Below the pieces are notes generated by a model, which was given only the letters and a program-made list of their open reading frames with translations, searched no databases and was not told the origin of the DNA. Of a DNA stretch of 64,000 nt, positions 45,818 through 59,489 are shown piece by piece (within the stretch, counting starts at the first letter, position 1; each line of letters starts with the position of its first letter). A program made the position numbers and the translations under genes. Source of the DNA: the human T2T-CHM13v2.0 reference genome, Homo sapiens; NCBI RefSeq assembly GCF_009914755.1, contig NC_060930.1; one strand, given 5' to 3'.

Positions 45818-48800
45818 GGCCTGCTCTCAGACACTGATCACACGTGCCCTGCTGAGAGCCCAAGTCCTCCCCGCCAGTTTGGCTCCTGGGGAATGGGAGC
45901 TGTGGCTTAGGGGAAGGGTACAATTTGGGAAATAAAATAACTTCATCCCAGGGCTGGCCCCACACCAGGGCCATACACAGGGGCCAGCAGCCTGCCTGGG
46001 GGGCTGCACTGGGTGGTGAGAGTGGGCCCTGACACCGGGCACAGGTTCAAACCCAATCAGCCTCCGCCAGTGGTTCCCTGGGGGTCCCTGGATTTCTGTT
46101 GCCTTTGCTCCCTCAGCTGTATAGGGAGATCCTTCTGCTGCCAGTGGGTGAAGGGACCCAGGGTGTGTCACAGCCCCTGGGGCACAGTCACTGTCAGCCT
46201 CACAGTGGTTTTTAGAGAACGTTTTTGTGGAGCAACACCAGCTCCTCCTCTAAGGCCCGTGGCCCTGGAGGGACTCTCAGGAGGCTGTGGCCGCTTCCTC
46301 CTTCGTTCAGGGACCAGCCTTGAGAAGGCGCCTGGGGTCTGGTCGGCTGTCCTCTCCCATGGGGAGCTGACCTCCAGGACACAGGTGGAGGAGGACCGAG
46401 GCAGGAATGGCCGCCTCCAGGCAGCTGTGTTTATCACGCACACTGTTTACCGTCACTGTGCACAGATAATCGACCATCAGCAGCTTCACTGCTGCTTCTG
46501 AATTCTCTATGAGGGTGCACCCCTTCCAGCAGCACTGGGGCAGGCCCCGTCTGTCCTCAGGTCCCTGGGAAGTTCCTGAGGGCCGCCCAGCGGGGAGCGG
46601 AAAATCGAAGGCGGACGGGCACAGCAACTCTGTTTTACACAGAGACACTGCTCAGGTTTCACTAGAAAATGGAACTCTGCTCCTAAAATCAGCGGGAAGC
46701 CGGGGCAGGTGAGGGAAAGCACGTGAGCCCCGCAGTGAGAACAGACGCTCCCATGGAGGGGCACGAATCCCGCTGGCGCTGGTGGTGCCCTGTCATCCGT
46801 TTATTTAAGGGACGTGCTGCCCTCCTCGCCGGCAGGAAAAGCAGCTGCTCAGCACTCGCAGCCCATCCTCCACCTGCTCAGGCTGTAGGATGCGGGACTC
46901 AGTCTCTCAGTCTCAGCTTGGCTCTCCACCCCGCGTCCAGACAGTGAGCCAATCCCGGCGGCGTTACCCCCAGAACCCACCCAGCCTCCATCTGACCCCG
47001 TTCCCACCTCCACGTCCACCACTGGGACCCACCCCTGGTTGGCTCGTCTCCCTCCTGAATGTTGGCAATGGGCTCTAGAGTCTCCTCTGCCATTCTTGTC
47101 CCTCTGCCCCCCACGCTCTCAGCCCCGTGATCATGCTGAACAGAAATCACAGCAGAGAACTCCTGCTCAAAGCCCACAGACGGCTCCCACCTCCCTCCTG
47201 AGCAGCTAGAGGCCTGAGAACCACCACAATCTCAAGTCCCTTGTGGGCTGGACTTGTTCGCTCTCTGGCCTCACCGTCTGCTCCCACTAAGGGGTCCCTG
47301 GGCTGTAGCCACCCTAGCCCCTTGCCTCCCTGCCCCTGGGCCTTTGCACATGCTGTCTGAGGAGCTCTTTCCCAGCGTGGCTGCCCAGCCCATCTTCTCC
47401 CTGTTCTCACTGCCGGCTCTGATGCTGCATTCATGGGGAGGCCTGTCGCAAGCCTGCATGTTCATGGCTGCATACGGCGTTTAGAGTAACTTGACCCCTG
47501 CCTGTTTGCCTGTTTGTTGTCTGTTTCTCCCTGGAAGGAAAGTTCTGCAAGGTCTTACTTGCTGCTGTTTTGTTCCCTTCCATCTCCCCACTGCTGAGAG
47601 CAGTTCTTGGCCATGGCGCGTGCTTAGCAATGTGTGCTGCGCTGAAGTTTGGAGGAAACAGATGACACCCAGGGCACACGTCCACCATGCACGGTGCTTC
47701 CATGTGATTCTCAGCCGCCCTCTTGGGGGCTACTCTGTCCATTTTACTGATCTGCCAATCGGGGCTCACGAAGCCAGCTCCAAAATCCAGGTCTCCTGGT
47801 TTCCATTCGAGGCTTGCCCACCGATCCAGGCCATTTGCTGGAGACCTCAGGTCGGCAGGAAGCCCTCACTGGCCACCCAAGCGGACTCCCGGCTCCGCTC
47901 TCTGCCCTGGGCTCCGTGGGGAGAAGGTGCCTGTAAACTATGGGGGGTTATGAATGTGAACCGCGAAAATGATCATGAATGTGAACTGCAAACTTTTCAG
48001 AGCTTAGTGCAAAAAGACAAAAGATAGCCCACACCTTCTTCCTGGTTCCACCCAACTTCCTGGTAACTAAAATGGTTACTGCCAGCCGATAATAAAAGGC
48101 CAAGGAGCCCCGGGGCTGGAGACCCTGCAGTGTGCGCCTTCCCGACACAGGGCCAGGCTGCAGGTGGAGATGCCCCTTCTCTGAATCCTCTTCCACGGAC
48201 TCTGCTCTCTGTGCCCCAAAACTGCTCCAGCTGGTTTTTCTGCCTGGAATGTCCTTTCCACCTGTGTCACTGCCCAGAGCCATCTCTGTCTCCCCAGGCC
48301 CCCAGCAGAGTCCTCCTCAAGTCCTCGCCCCTCCTCTTGTCTCAGGGTCAGGCTCCTGGGGACTCCGTGGCCTCGGTCAGGTGTCAGCAGGATGGCTCAG
48401 GTTGGATCTCCACTGGGCGTCCTCGCCCTACAGAGCAGTGTCTCTGGAGCCGGTGGGCGGATCTTGATGCAGAAACCCTGGGAGAGGCTGGCAACTGCAT
48501 TTGGCGGGGCCCCAGCATCTGTGTATCTAGCAAGTGCTGGTGCTGCCGGCCCAGGGACCCTGAGAACACGGCCTCCGAGTGACACATGGGCCCAGTAGAG
48601 GCCCACGGGCTGGAACCGAATCATAGCTCCTCAGACAGACAGGCTGGGATGCTACTCCGCGGAAGCGAAACGCAGTCACCCAGAAACAAAACGGCCTCTG
48701 TTCTGCAACCCCAGGTCCCAGACTAATAGACTCACTACAACGGGCCCAGCCATGCCTTCATTCCACTCACTCCGGATCAGGTGTCACTAGGAAGAAATGG

Positions 48801-49204
48801 TCAAGAGTGGCCAGTGGCCAGTGACCAGTAGCCCCACGTTCAGGTGTCCAGCACAGGCCAGTCGGCCTCCCCGTGAGGTCCTTGAATGAGCCAGGCTCTG
48901 TCCGGCCTCCACAGCGCTGCACTTCCTGGCCCTCTGCTGGGCTGCTGCTGGCTCATCTGTTGGCTCAAATGTCATCTCTGTGGACAGAGCGCTGCCAACC
49001 ACTCAGCCAGGGGCCTCGCCAAGGATGCACCTGTGTGCCACAGTGCCCCGTCTGCTCTGAGGCTTGATGGGACCAGGATGGTCTTCCTTATTCATCTATC
49101 ATGTGTCCTGCTCAGTGTCACAGCAGCTCCTCCACCCCACAGTCCTTGTGCATCTCCAGGACTTTGCAAAATGTTCTCGATAAAGACTCATTAAACAAAT
49201 GCAC

Positions 49205-49660
49205 ACTGGGCTGCTCTGGACTGAAGGTCTGTGTCCCCCAAATTCACCACGTGGAAATTCTCACGCGAGGGGGATGGTGTTAGGAGGCGGGGCCTTTGGG
49301 AGGTGATGTGGTCATGGGGGTGGGGCCTCAGGAATGGGATTAGTGCCCTGTATAAGAGAGACCCTCCGCCCCTCCATCATGTGAGGTTTGGGAGGTGATA
49401 CAGTCATGGGGGTGGGGCCTCAGGAATGGGATTAGTGCCCTTTATCAGAGAGACCCAGAGAGACCCTCCACCCCTTCATCATGTGAGGACACTGCAAGAA
49501 GGTGCCGTCTGCAAGGAAGCGGCCCTCACCACACACCAAATTGCCCAGTGCCTTGATCTCAGGCTTCAAGCCTCCAGACTGCCAGGGCTGATTGTCTGTT
49601 GTTTAAGCTCCTGGTCTGTGGGATTTTGCTACAGCATCCTGAAAGGACTAAGACACTGTC
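49205..49660 (+). mobile_element. MaLR LTR (MLT1A-like) with internal ~90-bp tandem duplication
   Basis: tttgggaggtgat..gtcatgggggtggggcctcaggaatgggattagtgccct occurs twice; ends ...tttgctacagcatcctgaaaggactaagaca. Confidence 0.8.
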
Positions 49661-49771
49661 CCAATCCAGTCACCACCAGGGTGACCTCTGCGGCAGCCAC
49701 CCCGTGAGCAGGCCTGGCCAAAGACGAGAGGACAGAGGCAGCCTTGACCCTGGACAGGCACACAACGTCGG

Positions 49772-50130
49772 TGTATCAGTCAGTTCTCACACTGCTCATA
49801 AAGACATGCCCGGGAATGGGTACTTTATAAAGGAAAGAGGTTTAGAGGACTCACAGTTCCACATGGCTGGGGAAGCCTCACAATCGTGGTGAAAGGTGAA
49901 GGAGGAGCAAAGAGATGTCTTCTATGGCGGCAGGCAAGAGGGCGTGTGCAGGGGAACTCCCCTTTATAAAACCATCAGATCTTGTGAGGCTTATTCACTA
50001 TCATGAGAATAGCACGGGAAAACCCGCCCCCGTGATTCAGTGACCTCCCACCGGGTCCCTCCCACCACACATGGGGATGATTACAGTTCAAGGTAATAAC
50101 CTTGGGTGGGGACACAGCTCAGCCATATCA
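49772..50130 (-). mobile_element. THE1B-like (MaLR) solo LTR, same strand as FRMD1
   Basis: - strand starts TGATATGGCTGAGCTGTGTCCCCACCCAA and ends gtgagaactgactgataca; 359 bp. Confidence 0.92.
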
Positions 50131-50979
50131 GTTTTCATATCACTGAAAACAGGTCCTGGGATCCAGAGCTCTCAGAACTCAAGGTCACGGTCATCATTCA
50201 TCAAACATCCACAGCCTGGCCTGTCAGCAAGTACCACCGACGGCTGTGAGCTGACCGGCCCCACCTCACACTCGGCCATGCCAGCCCTGTGGAAATGTCG
50301 CCCCAGACCTGACAAGCAGCCTGCAGTGTAGACATTTGCTGAACTTTCACAGGAGACTCAGGCTTCCTGGACCGAGCCCGGGGCTCCCACTTGCCGGGCA
50401 GCATCCTAGGAATTTAAATCAAGGCAAACTCAGTCTTTGTAAGGAACCTCTGATGAGGTTCTCAGATTTTTGCGTAGGCAGACTATGGGGATTAGAGGCC
50501 AGAAAGCCTCTGGAACTATTCGGAGACTGTCCACTGAGCACATGTCCAGAGCAGGATAAACATGACCTTTATGATTAGACCCTCTGAGCAGCTGAGGGAC
50601 AGCGGCTCCTCAGAAGTGATCAGCACCTTCTGCCTCTTCCTTAGGAAACAAGGTGGGTTCTGGCACCGGTGGACTCCAGCAGGGAGCAGCTTCTTTTGTT
50701 CGAGGTGAAATGAGACCTAGGTTTCTTTTGTTTCTTTGCTCTGTGGTTGGTTTGGAGTAGTGATTCTAAACAGCGGCCCTCAAGGCTTCGTGTTCAGTGT
50801 GGGATGCTTGTAAGGGACCCTCGCCCTCGGCTGACCCCTGTGCTTCTCCAGACTCTCCCTAGCAGATGACCCGGGAGCCACCCCTCTCTAGGTTGGCCGA
50901 CTCGGGAAACCCTCCCTGCTCAGCAAGGCTTGGCCCACTCTGTTCTGTCCAACTGCCCCTCTTCCCAGGCAAGCTGTGT

Positions 50980-51350
50980 GTTTTTAAAAATAGATTTTAT
51001 ATTTTAGAATAGTTTTAGGTTCATAGCAAGATTGAGAGGAAGGTGCAGAGAGCTCCCATGTGCTCCCTGCCCCCACCCGCACACGGTCTCCCCCACCCAC
51101 GCACGGCCTCTCCCCACCCACATACCGCCTCCCCCCACCTGCGTACGGCCTCCCCCACCCACACATGGTCCCCCCACCCACACATGGCCTCCCCCCACCC
51201 ACACACAGTCTCCCCCCACCCACACATGGCCTCCCCCACCCACACATGGCCTCCCCCACTTAGTGGTGTATGGGTTACAATCAATGAGCCTGTGCTGACT
51301 CGCCACCGTCACCCAGAGTCCATGGTGACACCAGGGCTTACTCTCGGTGC
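50980..51350 (-). mobile_element. L1MC-like 3'-end fragment containing an internal C-rich ~22-bp minisatellite (51065-51258)
   Basis: Reverse complement (catgggagctctctgcacc...tgaacctaaaactattctaaaatataaaatctatt) is homologous to the L1 3' end at 62130-62205 in this window. Confidence 0.75.
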
Positions 51351-51542
51351 CAGCCATTCAGAGTGGTTCCACTGTCCCCAACTCTCAGCCAAAGCAGAAC
51401 AGCTGGGGAACGGGGTGAAGGTGCTTACACCTTTTCCAGATGTGTTCACACACAGAGTCACATCGAGCAAAGGGTTTACATTACCCCCATTTCACAGTTG
51501 GAGTAAACCGAGGCCCAAGAGGAATAAAAACATTGCCCAAGA

Positions 51543-51702
51543 CGGGTGCCTGTAATCCCAGCTACTCTGGAGGCTGAGGCAGGAGAATCGCTTGAACCCA
51601 GGAGGAGGAGGTGGTTGCAGTGAGCTGAGATAGTCATTGCACTCCAGCCTGGACAGCAAGAGTAAAACTCTGTCTCAAAAAACAAAACAAAACAAAACAA
51701 AA
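51543..51702 (+). mobile_element. 5'-truncated Alu (right arm only)
   Basis: Starts in the right arm, (AAAAC)n tail; TSD ATTGCCCAAGA on both sides. Confidence 0.92.
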
Positions 51703-54700
51703 ATTGCCCAAGAAACAATTACAGAAATGAGAACCAAAGTACCCGGCCAGGTGCCACTTCTACCGGCCCCTCCCTCGCGCAACCCCTTCTGTAACTCACC
51801 AGGGACTGGAGCCCCAGGGCAGGTCCAGTGTCCCCAGGGGCCAGAGCAAGCTCTGGGCCCAAGGATGCCCTGGTGCCTGCACAAGGGGTGCAAGGGGTCA
51901 GAGGTGTCCTGGACCCTCAGCAGAGAGTGGAGTTACCCCTGTGTGTTTAGAGGGACTTGACAAAGCTCACCTAACAGAAGGGAGAGTGACTGTTTTTTCT
52001 GTACTTCACATCATGAATTGAAAAATCAGGGGTCAAACTGTAGAAGGGGCACCGAATGACCACAGCAGTGTGGTGCCTGAGCCGCCAGGGACAGAGTACG
52101 GAGCCCACCTGGCAGGATGTTGGGGACAGCACTTGCCTGTCCCAGGTTCTGTGGCAGTTTCCGATGCCCAAAAGAGGCATCTTCCGCCGACGGGCACAAC
52201 GGACCATAGTGCTCCCTCCCTCCCAGGCAGCGGGAGCATGGAGCTGACCTGTTAGCTGCTCACAGAGGTCAGTGAGATGCAAGCCTGACCTGGGCCTTCC
52301 TGTCCTCGTGGACAAAGCAAATTGCCTCTCAGCCTCTACACCCACCACAGGGCGAATGCAGCCACCCAGCCCCCGCCAGACCCCTGGCAGCCCCCGGCTT
52401 TGGACCGGGGTCCTCTGACTGTCCTTCTGTCTGTGTGCTCAGCCAGAACCCCAGAGGGGCCTTTGTCACAGTCCTGAACTGCTCCCTACCAGGCCTCCCG
52501 GGACCCGGCACCTGTCGCTGGGGAACAGGCCCAGGGCCCAGGGTTCAGACACAAATGCTCAGTGACATCGATAGAGTAATGGGCCTCGTGCCTGGTCTCC
52601 CTCCACAAACCCTGGAAGGTGCCCTATACGTTTCCAGAGTCTTGAAGGAAACCATTGGCCCAAATTGTGTTATTCATGGAAAGGCACCAAAACAATTTAA
52701 AATATGTGAACCTCCAATCAGCACTACCCGGTTGATTTAAAACCCCACACGCCGCCATCCATTTAATTTTGCTACATTTAAGGACAACACAGCTGTTTGG
52801 GGTTGGGGGCCGGCGGGGGCCGGCGCCTTCCCTTTATCTGAAGTCCACAGGCCTGGTCCACTTTCCAGGCACAGATGTGGTTTCTCCAGGCCCTTGAAGT
52901 TTGCAGAGAACTGTGCATCTGGCAGCACACGGAACACCGTGAGGACGGCCCAGCCCCAAGAGCTCCCATCTCCGGGGCCAGCACTGAGAGGCAGGCACCC
53001 TCTTTCCACAAGAGCCCAAATGGAAGAGTTCTAAGACACAGTAACTTCAACACGTGCACCTGGATGAAGGAGAAGCCATCAGCTTGGAGCAGGCAACGCT
53101 GGTAATTCTAGGCCTGAGACAAGGACAGTGGAAGAGGAGGACCCCTGGCTGCTTTCAGGTGGGGAAAGGCCAGCTCCTCACTCCCACCTCCCACTCGGGA
53201 AGCCTGGGCCGCCTGCACCTCTAAGCAGGACCGGTTGATCAGATGAACAAGCCAGTCCCCTGGCAAGACCTTGGGCGCGCAGCAGCCACTGGGCAGACAG
53301 ACAAGGGCCCAGGCTGACCCTGACAGGGGGTCCGGGACAGTGTGCTGCCCACATTCAGATGCCTGGGTCGTTGGGTCATTGCTGGGCACCCTGCAGATGG
53401 GAGCAGATGTGACTCTAGGGGATGTCCAGGCCACACAGGGCTGGCCCACCAGGAACTGGGGTGGGTGCCCTGAGCCCGGCTCCCAGGAAGGGGAGAGGAG
53501 GCGGCTGTTGCCTTCAGGGCTCCTCGGCCTTATCAGGAATGCTGGCCAGATGCTCCGAAGCCTCCTGTTAGGATATGTTTCCCTTCCTAGGTGGCATCAG
53601 AGCGGTGGGCCAGTGGCTCTGGCCATGGAGGCTGGTCGAGGGATGGAGGGGGCGCGGCTTTTGAGTGTATGCTGCTGGGTGGAGGCTAGGACCTAGCCCA
53701 TCTCTGACTCGTTCACTCACAAAACAAAATTGTGCATTGACTCTGGGGCACAGAAGGCCTAGGGGCACAAAGGCAGCAAGAGGAAGATTCATCCTGTGAG
53801 TTCAGCGCCAGTGACAATTGCCTTGGCACCTGTGCGGGGGTTGGGGAAGCTCCCTGGAGAGTGGGGGGTGGGGGGTCCCACACAGGTAAGACCCCGGAAG
53901 AGGCTCCATTTCCATGTATTTTGCATCTCCTATGTGGGGCAGAGCTGGGACAGGTGCTTTACTGTCACCTCTTCCTAATTCCTGCTGTAACCTGCAAGGT
54001 TCTTGCACACTGCCCAGCGTCCCAACACCTCTGTGAGCCGAGGCCAGAGCCCAGCTCAGCCTGCTGAGCCCAGAGCACCTGGCCACACTCCACCGGCTGC
54101 TCCGTGTGTTCAATCACCACCATTATAACACAGCTCACACTGCGACTGGGACACCATGCCCCAGTGTGTCCACGGTAGGAAGTGCGAGGCCGCCAGGCCA
54201 CCTTCCCTGCACAACACCATGCACGGTGCTGGCTTGGGATGTGACATTTTGGCAGCCAGTGCTGACCAGCGCACACCTCCATGATGCACCAATGGATGGC
54301 CGTGGGTCATTGGTGGGGCACACAGCCCTGCACCAGGCAGCCCTAGCCCCGCTGACGGGACAGGTGGGGCCAGGTGGGCTCCTGAGGCTTGGTTGGGGGC
54401 ACCCAGTGGAGAGCATGGGGGAGGTGCCTGCACCTCTGCCCTCTCCAGAACATGGAGCCCAACGGGGGCAAGACCACCCTCCCTTGCAGCAAAGCCCTCC
54501 CTGGCCAGTTCCACTGTCCACCCTGGGTCTCTGCTGTCCCCGGCTCTCCTGCTGGGCTGCAGACACAGCAGCCTCTCCCTCTTTTGACTGTGCCCTCCCT
54601 CCCATCTGCTGCCCCAGGGGTCTTGAACACATCAAGAGAGGCAATGGCCTATTTGGAAGTCTCCGACTGGGCCCGGGCCCCTCCGCTGTCCACCCCCAGT

Positions 54701-57700
54701 CCGTCTGCCACCGTGTGCTGTGCTCACCGTCCCGGGCCCAGGACACCCCAGCAGGCAGCCACCACTCCATAAACACAGATGGACTCTGACTAATTGTTCC
54801 ACTTAGGAAATTTGGACTTGACAATGGGTTTATCAGGGAATCAAATGCATTTCTGCACTTGGAATATGTTTGGCTTAGGAGGGGTTTATCAGCAGGTCCC
54901 ATTGTCATTTGAATGTCTGACCTTGAAAGGCAAATGGTTCCACATGCTTCCCAGAGCACCTGGCGCCGGTGCCGTGTCACTCATGCCCGCGATAATCTGC
55001 TGCAGGCTGCCTGCCCACCGGGCAGCAGTTGGCAGGAGACGCAAGCAGAGATGGCGCGCTCCTGCTCACTGCCCGCCCTGGCTCTATAAATATTTGTTCA
55101 AAGAAAGAAGTGACCTTCCAGCCTCAGTGGTGCCTTCCAAGTGGCACTCCCCCCACCGAGCCTAGGCCTGCTCTCCCTCCCACACTCCCCCCACCGAGCC
55201 TAGGCCTGCTCTTCCTCCCCGGGTGGGGTTGGGATGGAAGAGAGACAGGGTCTGGGTGAGCCACCGGCTCTAGTCATGGCTAGGAGGAGCAGGAATGCCT
55301 GCCTGGGGCAGGGGCTGCACCCTGTAGGCCACGTGGACTGAAGGAGCCCACCCGGCCGGCCCTCAGCCTTGTGGGCCCTCAGCTTCTGGCACCCTGGGTG
55401 ATAAGTGTGGGGCTGGCAACACCTCTCCCGTGGATAATGACCCCCCACCAGCCTTGGTGACCGGGGCCCAGGCAGATCCTGTGCTGAACTCATGGGTGTT
55501 CCCAGCCCAGGCGACACCGACAGGACTCCTGATGTTTGATGGGACCCCCAGCACCATTCCACCTGGGGCCATGGCCATTGTCACCTGGTGCTCCTCCAAA
55601 TGTTCCCGGAGGGACCCTAGGAGAGGTGAGGTCTCACTGACCCCGCCAGCAGCAACAGCAAGAGCCCCCGCTGCCCCTGGCCTGGTGCCTCGCCCACATG
55701 CTCAAGGGGACGGGAGAGCAGCCCAGGCAGGGTGACCGTGGCTGCAGTGATGGCTGCACTGGGACAGGCACCACCTGAGATTGTCCCCAGGCAAGACAGG
55801 CCTGGGGTCCACCTATGAGGAGGGGAGACCTGAGCCTGTTCAAAATACAGCCGTTTTCAAAACTGAAGGTAAAATTCCCATCAAATCCAAAACCCTGGTC
55901 TGCATCTCAGTGAAGATGCTTCGGACAAAGCTCAAGGCAGTGACTCTGGGTGGGGAAGTTTGTGTCCTTGGGAAGCCACTGTACTTTTAGAATACTGAGC
56001 CTTCCAAACAGACACCTTGTACATGTCAAGAAAATGACCCTATTGCTTCTAAAACAACAAACAAAATTGTGAAACATCAGACAAAATCTGCATTGTAAAC
56101 AACCTTGCCCTGCCACCTCTCCCAACACCGACTTTAAAAGCTTAGAAGCCCCGAGTGACAGCGTGGATAAGCAGACCAGCTCTAGTGCCTCCTTAGCTAT
56201 GCGAGGCAGTCGCTGTACTTGCAGGAAGTGACTGAACCCCTGCAAGGCCGAAGCCCCTCCCTTAGCAGGGGCCGAACAGACCTCCTCGCCGGGAAAGCAG
56301 TGATCTGTGAGGCTGAGTCTGGGAATCCCCCTCTCCAGAAGAAATGAGATGCAGCCGCTCTCCAGGTGCTTAGGAGGAGCTGTGGGGTCTCAGCGGAGGA
56401 ACTTCACCAAAGACAGTCAATGCAGAGCCGATACGTCCTGGCTAAACTGGATCTCCGTGGCAGGCGGCCCCGCCTGGCCTGGCTTTCGGGGAGACATTTC
56501 CTGCTGCATCCTGCAGAGAACACCCTGCGGTCCTCAGGTTCCTGACTTCCTTAGTCTTCTCGGGGCCTAAGGTTTCCTGAGTTCAAGTTCAAGTTCATAT
56601 CTGAAGGGGTCTGACAGGCGCCAGGCCAGAATCCTGGATAACTGGCACCCCAATGACCACTCGGCTGTCTCTGGAAACTTCTCCATGGGTCTGGACCCCC
56701 TGCTCACCTCCGGGGTATGTGTTCCCAACTGTGGAGCTCATACAAGCCCACCAGGCCATTCTAGCCATGCCCAGAGACTGGAAGGGGCCCTGTAATGCAC
56801 CCTGAGTCTCAAGAGGCCTCCCCATTGTGTGACCAAGCCCGGGGTGCCTGGTGACCTCTTGTGCTGCAATCCTGGGCACCAGAGAAACCTTCTAAAGCCC
56901 ACGGGGGATAAAGGAGACACAAATGATGCTGAGTGGGGGACGACTAACAGAGCCCCCTGTGCCCCCGGCCAACCAGGCTGCACTCCCCGCCCCACCTGGA
57001 GTGGCTGGTGCTGGGGACGGCTCCTCCCCAGCTCCCGTTCTGTCTGCCTCTTTCTGCAGAAAGACAGACTACACCTGCCCTGGCCCGCGGGAGCACATAG
57101 GGTAGGTGAAGGCACAGCCCACTTTGGTTTTCAGTCGTCTTTTCCTTAATACTTAATGGGGCAGGGGGTGGGGGAGGTGGGGCTGGGGCGGGGAGGTCCC
57201 ACAGAGGAGGGCTGAAGTTCTGAAGAGGCATGGGTGGGGAGAGGCGGCATGGGTCGGGGGAGACGAGATTTAGGGCCACCCAGCGACGGCGCCCCTTCCC
57301 CACCACCCCTGCTCAGTCTACTCAGGAAACATCACCACCTAGGCTCTTCCAGACCCTTCCGGACCCTTCCAGACCCTTCTGGAGGTCCTGCTCCCACGTT
57401 CGCTCACCTCCTACGCCAGCCTTACTTTCAAAGACGGGAGAAAGGGGGAGCTTTGGACGACCTCATGGAACAAAGGTGAGGATGTCTTCACTTTGGTAAT
57501 TAAATGCTTAGATGTCATTTTGTGACCTGATGTCTGTTCCTGCCCCTGCAGCACACAAATCACTCAAACCTGCACCCTGGCCAGGGTCTGCACCTCCTGC
57601 TCCGAGCACTGGCGGTACCTCATCTCGGGTGCCAGCCTTTTGGCTCTGGAAGCAGCCACAGCTAGGACTGCCGCTGGGAGAGGAGAAAACTTGGTTTGTA

Positions 57701-58049
57701 GAAGGCAGGAGCAGAGCCTGACTCCAGGATCCTCCAGGCCTGTGTGGGCACCTTTTAGGGTCCAAAGCCCTCTAGAAACACGCTCCAAAAACCAAATTCC
57801 AGCCCACACCAGGGTGAGGGTGGGGTGGGGAAGGGCGTAAAGGCAGGCAGAGCTTCCGATTCCCTTAGCCAGCATCTGCTTCTGAGCGCAGAGCCGCGGG
57901 GAGGGCAGACAGGAGGCTAGGGGAGGGGACAGGGGAAGGGGGGGGTGTTGGACTGGAGGGGAGGTGGGGAGAGATGGGGGAAATAGCGGGAGGTAGGGAG
58001 GAGGTGGGAGGAGGTGAGGGGGAAGTGGGGGCGGGGGGGTAGGGCCAGG

Positions 58050-59000
58050 GCTCCTTCCAGAAGGCAGGCAGGGTGCACTTAGCCCGGGGCAGGGACCCCC
58101 ATGGGCCGGCGGGTCCTCCTAGACCCGCCTCAGTCCTGGAAACCCCGAGGGGACGACAGCGGAAGCCGCCTGGGCCCTGCGCTCTGGGCCCTGGGGTGCA
58201 ACCCCTGAAACTCGACAGTTAGCGCCACTCCCCGCCTCCGGGGTCCCCTCATCTGGTGGCGGCGGCTGGAGAAGGGCGCACCCCGCCCGCGGAGACCCAC
58301 GCGCTCACCTTCCGGGGGCCGAGGTCCGGCTCGTCGTCCGGCTCAAGGCTCCGGGCCGTGGTCCCGCCGGCGGTGTAGAAGCGGCCGCCGCTCTTGTGCC
58401 CTCCGGGTGGGACCACGTGGGGAGGCAGCGGTGACCCCGGAGGGTGACGCGGCCCGGGGTCCGGATTGGCCGGCGCCGCCCGCCCCCTCCCCGCCCAGCC
58501 GACCCTCCCCGGCAGGAGCGCGGGCCGTGCAGGGTCTCGGGGGTCGAACCGTCCTGGAGGTCACACGGCCCCAGAGTTGCCTGTCCCAGGGGTCGCCCAG
58601 TCCGGAGGGTCGCTCCATCCCCGGGTCACACGTCCCCCGATTGCCCGGCCCAGGGCTGCAGCATCCCAGCCTTGCAGAGGCGATCGCGCCACCCACCCCA
58701 GACGGGCCGCTCCCTGCGCGGACGCACCGGGTTCGGCGCCTTGCAGGCTGCTGGCGACCCCGCTGCCGGGTTTCTCCCCGGACCTCACGGCCTGGACAGC
58801 ACACTCGGAACGGCGGCATGCATTTGAAGCCATCGCTGCCTGCGTTGTCGGTGGATGCGGTGGACCCGGGGCGGGCAGTGCGGAGCGCGGAGGGGAGACC
58901 TGCCCTGGGGCACAGTGGCGGGGAGGGGATGGTCCTGGGGTTTGCATGGGTGATGGGACAGTTCCAGCCCCGAGAGCGGGAAGACGACGCGGCGGTGGAG
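58050..59000. promoter_or_regulatory. CpG island with - strand promoter motifs and candidate non-coding first exon (donor after 58309)
   Basis: Dense CpG; on the - strand GC boxes (~58475-58497), CCAAT (58465-58469), E-box CACGTG (~58414), then consensus donor AAG|GTGAGC at 58309/58308. Confidence 0.75.
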
Positions 59001-59489
59001 CTCTAGGAAGGGATGGATGTTATCACCGTGCAAAACCAGACCACCGCCCAGGAGGGCAGTTGAAGCTTCACTGGCCCAGGGCGATTTGCCCCGTCTGAGG
59101 GTGACATTTGGGCAGACACCTTTAGGAACGAGGGAGGAGGCCTCTTGGATATTTAGGGGGAAGTCGGGGGTCCCAAATTGAGGACCAGCAAGTGCAGAGG
59201 CCCCAGGCACGCTGGGGGCTGAGAGAGAGCAAAGAGAGGGAGAGAGGGCGTCATTCCTGACCCCTGAGGCTGAGCTCCCAGAACCCAGCCTTGGCTGTGT
59301 TCTGAGACTCTGGGGAACCAGGTTCCAGGCCGCCCAGCATCAGGGCTCGGGGCGTTTCTCTACCGTCCTGGTTTGGATTTCTCCTTCCCCTTCCTCCCCC
59401 TGCCCCAGGCCTCATATGTTCCCAGTTTTCCTTCAGTGCTGATCTTCCAGCATATAATACTATTTAGCCATTCATTTTGACAGCCTCCC

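Noticed and set aside
55075-55105. TATA-like CTATAAATATTTG as a + strand promoter
   Set aside because: Single motif with no downstream exon or other support
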